In this document: positions 16,399 to 23,718 of the stretch, one piece after another
Position numbering within the stretch: position 1 is the stretch's first letter
Layout: every line of letters begins with the position of its first letter
NCBI GenBank assembly: GCA_017650105.1
Contig: JAGCFO010000039.1
Span: 2,571 to 66,570 of the forward strand
DNA: 64,000 nucleotides
From: Bacteroidaceae bacterium
GTDB lineage: Bacteria > Bacteroidota > Bacteroidia > Bacteroidales > Bacteroidaceae
Direction: 5' to 3'
Translations under genes and position numbers: made by a program
The notes under the pieces: model-generated
Databases searched by the model: none
The model's input: the letters and a program-made list of their open reading frames with translations, nothing else
Told to the model about the DNA's origin: nothing

Positions 16399-19044
16399 AT
16401 GAGAAAAAATTTACTTCTTTTATGTCTGGGAGTAGTTGCCTTGAGTGCAAGCGCCCAGATGATGGATTCTCCTTGGAAGGGTACCGTTCTTCCAGAAACA
16501 GGAGGAACCTATTACCTCTACAATGTTGAATCGGGTTTGTGGCTCCAGAACAACCGCAAGATTCAGGACGACTGGACCACTCGCGCACAGGTAGGCTTAC
16601 ACGGCTTCGACATTAAGGTGATTCCCATAGAGGGCGGCTTCCAACTTGACCCCCGCTTCGGACACAACCACAGTATCAATGCCAATCTTGATCAGGGCTA
16701 CTTAGACACCGAACGTGAAGTTTCCGCTTGGTCTTTCGTTGCTCTGCCTCCTGATGGTTACGATGCTTCTAACATGTACACTATCGAAGCCATCGACGGT
16801 GCCGTGCTGTTGGGTGTTGACCTCGGAGATGATGAAATGACTACTACTCTCTCCTACGATCCCAGCTGCCCCAACGTATCGTGGCAGCTCGTTTCCAAAG
16901 AGGAACGTCTGGCAGCTTTGGCAAACGCCAGCGAAGACAATCCTATGGATGCCACTTGGCTCATCGACGACTGGGACTTTGCTAATCAGAACGAGCGCAA
17001 CGCCAGCTGGAAGAGCACCCTTTCGCACAACGCATATAATCAAGGCTATCCTGCAAACCGCGCTTTTGAAAGCTGGAATGGTTCTGTAGGTGAATTTGCT
17101 CAGACCATCACCGGCTTGCCCGATGGTAGATACGGCCTTACACTGCAGGGATACTATCGCGATGGTAGCACGGGAGGCGTTGGAAGCAAGCACGTTGAAG
17201 GCACTGAGGAAATCCGAGCCTATTATTTCGCTAACTCCGTTAAGCATCCGCTCATGTCGATCTGCGAAAACGGCGTTACCGAGCCTATCGAAGGTGTCTT
17301 CCCTGTTGAGGTAGAAGGCGGATACTTCCTTCCTGGAGATGGAGGTAGCGCTCTTCCGAATGCATCTAACTCTTTCTTCCTCGATTTCTATTGGAACGAG
17401 GAAATCTTCGTTACTGTAGCAGGCGGAACACTCAAGATAGGTGTAGGCAAAGACAGTGGTGTGGGTGACGACTGGACTGTATTCGACAACTTCAAGCTCA
17501 CCTACTACGGCGCATACGTTGACATCGATGAATTGCTTGCCGACCTGGGTGACCTTATCACCGAGGTGGACGACTTCGAGGGCCTCAAGCCTGGATTCCT
17601 CGAGCAAGCTCTGGCTCAGGCCAATGACGCCCTTAACAGCACCGATGCTGCTGTCATCGGCACTGCTTTCAACAACCTCAACGAAAAGTTCACTGTTGTT
17701 AAGGCTGCTCAGAACAACATGAAGAACTTTGTTGCCACCGTAGCCCTCTGCCAGCAAGAAGCAGCCGCAGGCTCAGATCTTGCTAAAGCTATTACCAGCA
17801 CTCAGGCTATCTATGACAACGCTACCACCACCGACGAATATGCTCAAGCCCTCAACACTCTTCAGATTGCCCGCAGGGTTAACGCTGCCGAGCGCGAAGA
17901 GAACTATTGGGCAGGACACGAGCCTGAGCTGGGTCAGAAGTACTATTTCTATAATGTGGGCGAAAAGCGCTATCTCTGCGGAGGTGACGACTGGGGCGCA
18001 CACGCTGCCCTCGGCATCCCAGGCATCGAGATTCAGCTCGAAGAGGGTAACGTTGCCGGATTCCGCCTCAACACCTTCCTCAATAACGGAGGCGACAGCC
18101 AGTATCTGAACTACGGAGGCTATATGGACACCGGAGGCAACGACTGGATGTTCGTTGAAGTAGGCAACGGAGTATACAATATCGTACGTGCCGAAGATCT
18201 TACAATCAGCTTGGGCTATCGTCCCGGCACCTATTGCCGTGTGGACACAGATATGCCCGACCTTGCCGACCCACGCAATCAGTGGATCCTCGTCACCCGC
18301 GAAGACCGTTACGAACACCTCGCAGACGCTACTCCTTCTAACCCGGCTGACGCATCGTTCCTCATCGGAATGCCAAACTTCAGTCAGCGTGAGAACCTCG
18401 AAGAATCCGGTTGGTACTTCGGCGCAGGAAGCATCTGGGGACGCGGCAGCAACTATCCCGATTTCGTATATGAATGCTACAGCACTCCTTACTTCGAAAT
18501 GAACCAACTCGTTACTGATCTCCCGTTGGGCAACTACGAAGTATCCTGTCAGGGTTACTATCGTGAAAGCAATCATGAGGGACAGGCAGCCATCTTGGCT
18601 GAAGGAGGAGAGGCTCTGCGTGCCGCTCTGCTGTATGCTAACGAGGGTGAAGTGGAGATGATGAACATCACCGACGAAGCAGACAAAGCTCCCGGTATGG
18701 GCGAGCTCGGCTCTGCAGAATATCCTCACGACTATCCCAAGTGGGTTTACGAAGCTACCAACTTCTTCCAGTGTGGACTTTACAAGAATGCCGTTAACTG
18801 CACCGTTGACGCCTCCGGCGAATTGTTCCTCGGTGTAGGTAAGGACTACGAATCTGATGCAGACTGGGTTGTTGTCGACAACTTCCGCATCAAGTACTTC
18901 GGCGACGGAACAGGCATCAAGGATGTCATCAATGATAAACCCGTTCAGAACGGAAAGATCTATAACCTCATGGGCGTGGAAGTAACAACTCCAGCTGAAG
19001 GCACCATCTATATCCGCGACGGAAAGAAGTATATGAAGAAGTAA
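16399..19044 (+). CDS. Secreted protein of unknown function: two copies of a roughly 350-aa (trefoil-like + jelly-roll-like) module separated by a helical linker, with a T9SS CTD-like tail
   Basis: Signal peptide MRKNLLLLCLGVVALSASAQ. The internal repeat shows in YYLYNVESGLWL vs YYFYNVGEKRYL, LPDGRYGLTLQGYYRDGS vs LPLGNYEVSCQGYYRESN, and DDWTVFDNFKLTYYG vs ADWVVVDNFRIKYFG. The tail is GKIYNLMGVEVTTPAEGTIYIRDGKKYMKK. Confidence 0.8.
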   Translation: MRKNLLLLCLGVVALSASAQMMDSPWKGTVLPETGGTYYLYNVESGLWLQNNRKIQDDWTTRAQVGLHGFDIKVIPIEGGFQLDPRFGHNHSINANLDQGYLDTEREVSAWSFVALPPDGYDASNMYTIEAIDGAVLLGVDLGDDEMTTTLSYDPSCPNVSWQLVSKEERLAALANASEDNPMDATWLIDDWDFANQNERNASWKSTLSHNAYNQGYPANRAFESWNGSVGEFAQTITGLPDGRYGLTLQGYYRDGSTGGVGSKHVEGTEEIRAYYFANSVKHPLMSICENGVTEPIEGVFPVEVEGGYFLPGDGGSALPNASNSFFLDFYWNEEIFVTVAGGTLKIGVGKDSGVGDDWTVFDNFKLTYYGAYVDIDELLADLGDLITEVDDFEGLKPGFLEQALAQANDALNSTDAAVIGTAFNNLNEKFTVVKAAQNNMKNFVATVALCQQEAAAGSDLAKAITSTQAIYDNATTTDEYAQALNTLQIARRVNAAEREENYWAGHEPELGQKYYFYNVGEKRYLCGGDDWGAHAALGIPGIEIQLEEGNVAGFRLNTFLNNGGDSQYLNYGGYMDTGGNDWMFVEVGNGVYNIVRAEDLTISLGYRPGTYCRVDTDMPDLADPRNQWILVTREDRYEHLADATPSNPADASFLIGMPNFSQRENLEESGWYFGAGSIWGRGSNYPDFVYECYSTPYFEMNQLVTDLPLGNYEVSCQGYYRESNHEGQAAILAEGGEALRAALLYANEGEVEMMNITDEADKAPGMGELGSAEYPHDYPKWVYEATNFFQCGLYKNAVNCTVDASGELFLGVGKDYESDADWVVVDNFRIKYFGDGTGIKDVINDKPVQNGKIYNLMGVEVTTPAEGTIYIRDGKKYMKK

Positions 19045-19070
19045 AAAAACTTTATTCCTTCTACATATGA

Positions 19071-19106
19071 GAATATCGAGGCTCCAAAAGCCCCGATATT
19101 CTTTTT
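19071..19106 (+). terminator. Intrinsic terminator after the 881-aa protein gene
   Basis: GAATATCGAGGC, tccaaaa, GCCCCGATATTC, then TTTTT. 12-bp stem with one mismatch. Confidence 0.7.
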
Positions 19107-19138
19107 ATAATTGACTTGTGAAATCCAAAGATTATCCC

Positions 19139-19146
19139 TACTTTTG
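19139..19146 (+). promoter_or_regulatory. Candidate -7 box TACTTTTG for the 1475-aa fusion gene
   Basis: 28 nt upstream of the ATG at 19175, and downstream of the terminator at 19071-19106. Confidence 0.5.
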
Positions 19147-19174
19147 CAAACCAAAAACATAAACTCAGTTATTC

Positions 19175-22100
19175 ATGAAAGTTCTCCGTTCCCTCGTCTT
19201 GGCGGCAATCGCTTTGTACAGCACTTCCATCATTGCTCAGGATGATGCATTTTTCACTCCTTACCAGCCAACCGACCTCAGGCTACCTTCAGTGCCCCTC
19301 GTAGTCAACGACCCGTATTTTTCCATATGGTCTCCTTATGACAAGCTCACCGACGGAACAACCAAGCACTGGACGAATGCTGAAAAAGCAATGGGAGGAC
19401 TGCTGCGGGTAGACGGCACCACCTACCGCTGGATGGGCACTGAGACAGAAGCCCTTCTGACATCCCTCGCCCCTATGACCAACGAGACTGCCTGGACGGC
19501 ACGCGTCAGCTACAAGCTTGCTAACGGATGGACGAACCCTTCTTTCGACGACAGCAGCTGGGCTATCGAAACTGCAGCGTGGGGTACTGCCAACGAATAC
19601 CCCAACGTGAAGACAAAATGGACTGACACAAACAGCGACATCTACATCCGCCGTACCGTTTCTCTCACAACAGACGACTTGGAAGAAGACCTCTGGATTG
19701 TATTCTCACACGACGATGTCTTCGAGATGTACATCAACGGCACCCGAGTTATTTCTACAGGCGAGACTTGGCTACAGGGTGAGCGGCTTCACCTCAGCGC
19801 CACACAGCGTGCCCTACTCCATGAAGGAGAGAACATCCTCGCTGCTCACTGCCACAACACCAGCGGAGGTGCATACGTTGACTTCGGACTATACAAGAAC
19901 AACCTTGTGAAAAACGGAGAAATAATTCCCGCCACCCAGAAAAGCATCGACGTGCTTGCCACAAACACATACTACACCTTCCAATGCGGGCCTGTGGATC
20001 TCGACGTAGTGTTCACAGCCCCCATGATTATCGACGACCTCGATTTGCTCTCCACTCCCATCAACTACATCTCAGCACGCGTACGCTCTACCGACGGCAA
20101 TTCTCACGAAGTATGTCTACTCTTTGAGACAACACCTCAGCTTACTGTAAACGAAGAGATGCAGCCCACCGTTTCCACTGTTGTCGAAGAAAACGGCATT
20201 CGCTACCTGAAATCGGGCAGCAAGGCACAACCCGTTCTCGGGCGTTCTGGCGACCTCATTTGCATCGACTGGGGATACCTATACCTCCCTTCCGTCAACG
20301 GAGAAGTAGGGATGGCTTCACAGTACGTGATGGAGAATACGTTTGCCCAATCAGGAAACTTCCCCGAGAGTGAGTCATCCGTCAGCAGCACTTGCTTTGC
20401 CGATATGCCCGTGCTTGCTTGGAAGCACGACTTCGGAACCCTTACACAAGGTTCCACTTACATGATGATTGGCTATGACGAAGTGTTCGACATCCAGTAC
20501 ATGAGACAGAACTACAAAGGCTATTGGGCACGCAACGGCAAAACTATATTCCAAGCCTTCGAGGAACTGCGCGACGGATACGACAGCATTATGGAACGTT
20601 GCCGCAAACAAGACAAAATCATCTACGACGATGCCCTGCAATCTGCCAACATTCACTATGCCGAACTGCTCAGCGCCTCCTACCGACAGGTAATAGCTGC
20701 GCACAAGCTCTTCGAGGATAAGGACGGTAACCTCCTCTTCTTTTCGAAGGAAAATAACTCAAACGGTTGCGTCAACACAGTGGACCTTACCTATCCCTCC
20801 GCCCCTCTCTTCCTCTGCTACAATCCTGACTTGGAAAAAGGTATGATTACCTCCATCTACGACTACACACGCTCGGGAAAGTGGAATAAAGACTTTGCCG
20901 CACACGACCTGGGAACCTATCCTCACGCCAACGGACAAGTGTACGGGGGCGATATGCCTCTCGAGGAGAGTGGAAACATACTTATACTTACCGCATACAT
21001 CGTTGAACAAGAGGGTTTCACCACATGGATGCGCAAATACTGGAATATTGCCAAACGTTGGGCCGACTATTTGGTGCAAAACGGACAAGATCCTGCTAAC
21101 CAGCTCTGCACCGACGACTTTGCAGGACACTGGGCTCATAACGCCAACCTCTCTATCAAAGCCATCATGGGAGTTGTTGCCTTCTCAAAGATAGCTCGCG
21201 TGAGAGGAGAGGAGACCGACAGTCCCACCTACATCGCTATGGCCAATGAATATATGGCGAAAGCTGTCGCTATGGCGCGACAGTGGGAAATGGATGCGCG
21301 CGACGGTGACCATTACCGACTGGCTTTCGACAGAGAGAACACCTGGAGTCTGAAATACAATATGGTGTGGGATAAACTTTGGGACACCCATCTCTTTCCT
21401 AACCGAGCTATGCAGCGCGAGATTCGCTTCTATTTAGGTAAGCAGAATAAATATGGAATTCCTCTCGATAATCGTCAGTCGTACACCAAGAGTGACTGGG
21501 TGCTGTGGGCTGCCGCGATGGCTGACGATAACGATACCTTCATACGCCTGATGGAGCCTATGTATAAATACGTCAACGAAACTCGCTCACGCGTGCCCAT
21601 TTGCGACTGGCACTGGACTACCTCGGGTGATATGACAGGTTTCCGTGCACGCAGTGTCATCGGAGGTTACTGGATGAAAGTTCTTATGGACAGACACGTC
21701 ACGCCCAATGAAACCAGCACGTGGGCTCCCGCCGACTCCTCTCTACTCACATCGTGGGGCGCCGAAGTCGACACATCAAGCGTGCTCCCTGCCTATCCCC
21801 GTCCACTTCTGCAGCGTTCCCAGTGGCAAAACCTTAATGGATTGTGGGAGTACTCCATCTCGAAGGTAACATCCACACCCGCCAAATTCGACGGACAGAT
21901 TCTCGTGCCTTTCCCCATTGAAGCCTCTCTCTCAGGAGTAGGCACCTGGCTTGACAACAACTATTACCTTTGGTATCGTAAGGAGTTCACCACTCCAAAG
22001 GAATGGAGCGGGAAAAACATTTTACTCCACTTCGGAGCCATCGATAACCTCTCCTACATCTGGCTCAATGGTAGCATCATCAAGCGTAACAACATAGGCG

Positions 22101-23602
22101 GATATACAGGACTGTCCATCGATGTTACCAACTATCTCAAACACGACGGCACTCCCAACGTGCTGGTTGTACGTGTGAGCGACCCCACCAACGGCGACTC
22201 CCAGGTTGTTGGTCTTCAGCGTTCCACTCCCGGAGGAAACGATGAACAAGGATTCTCCTCCGTCAGCGGCATCTGGCAGACAGTTTGGATGGAACCCGTT
22301 GCCAACACCTACATATCCGACATTCGGACAACACCCGATATTGACTCTGGCACCCTCTCTCTGAAAGTCTCCACCGTTGGCACCTCCGCTTCCGACGAAG
22401 TAAAAGTTGTGCTGAAAGCAGGCTCTGCTATCATAGCCGAAAAGAGAGCTCCAGCAACGACTGACGACATTGTGCTCCCTGTGGCTAATGCCCGTCTGTG
22501 GAGCCCTGCTGATCCGTTCCTTTATGATGTTGAAGTACAGCTCATCTCCAGCGGAACCGTCACCGATGATGTCCGCTCCTATGCCGCGATGCGCAAGATC
22601 AGCAGGAAGCAAGCCGAAGACGGACGCTGGCATTTCCAGCTTAACAATCATGACATATTCCTCTATGGTGTGCTCGACGAAGGCTACTGGCCCGACGGCA
22701 TCTATACAGCACCTTCCGATGAAGCCCTCGCCTATGACATCCAACTCGCTCGCACGCTCGGCTTCAACACTATACGCAAGCACCAAAAGGTAGAACCTGA
22801 AAGATGGTATTATCACTGCGATCGTCTGGGTATGCTCGTCTGGCAGGACATGCCGGCTATCGCTAAGGAGACAGAGATCTGGGAACCCTATGACTGGTAC
22901 TCCGATACCGACGGCACCCTGCCCTCCACTTCTGCTAGCCGTTACAAGAACGAGTGGCGCTCTATTGTGAACACCCTATACAACCATCCCTCCGTCGTTA
23001 TCTGGACTCTCTTTGACGAAGCTGTGGGGCAGCATTCTACATCAGCCTACGTTGACTTCACACGTGACCTTGATACCACGCGCCTTGTCGACGCTGCTTC
23101 CGGTGGCAACCACCATCAAGGGTTGGGAGATATGCTAGATCTCCATAACACGGGTAAAAACCCTTCCATTACCTTCTGCGATGCATCATACCCATTCGTA
23201 CTGGGCAAGTGCGGTAGCTACGCTTCGGACGACATCGAGCAATACACCACCCTTGTCAACAAACTGCAGACACTCGCTAAAGGCACCACCGTCTCACGTG
23301 TCAACACTGCACTAGCAGCTGCTGTTTATGCACGCCTCGTGGATGTGGAAATGCAAAACGACGGACTCGTTACAGCCGACAGGAGCACTGTCAAGATGGA
23401 TGCTGCTGCCATCGCTGCTCTTAACGACGCTCTCTGCCGTACCTATGGCGATGGACTATCGTCGGTATCATTCCCTACAAGCGACGCGCAACCCATCTAT
23501 TTTGACATGCTCGGACGGCCCCTCACAGGTCCCCTCCCCGTAGGCTCCATCGTTATCTTGCACAATGCCGACGGCACCGTTTCAAAGATGTACGTGAAGT
23601 AG
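19175..23602 (+). CDS. 1475-aa fusion: glutaminase-A-like putative glycosidase (aa 1-~850) + GH2-like module (aa ~860-1400) + T9SS CTD-like tail
   Basis: Signal peptide. The N-terminal part is paralogous to the 10950..13490 product. The GH2-like part contains LWEYSISKV...[50 protein letters not shown] and [17 protein letters not shown]. The tail is [36 protein letters not shown]. Confidence 0.85.
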   Translation: [1475 protein letters not shown]

Positions 23603-23627
23603 CTTACCCTTCATATCACATAAGAAA

Positions 23628-23657
23628 AGCAGCACCTCATCGGAGTGCTGCTTTTTT
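23628..23657 (+). terminator. Intrinsic terminator after the 1475-aa fusion gene (A-tract upstream, so possibly bidirectional)
   Basis: AGCAGCAC, ctcatcgga, GTGCTGCT, then TTTTT, preceded by AAAA. Lies between convergent stops at 23602 and 23719. Confidence 0.75.
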
Positions 23658-23718
23658 AGTTGAAAAAATGGATGGAAATGTTAGAGGCGGAAACTATTCT
23701 CTATTCTTATCTAATGTA

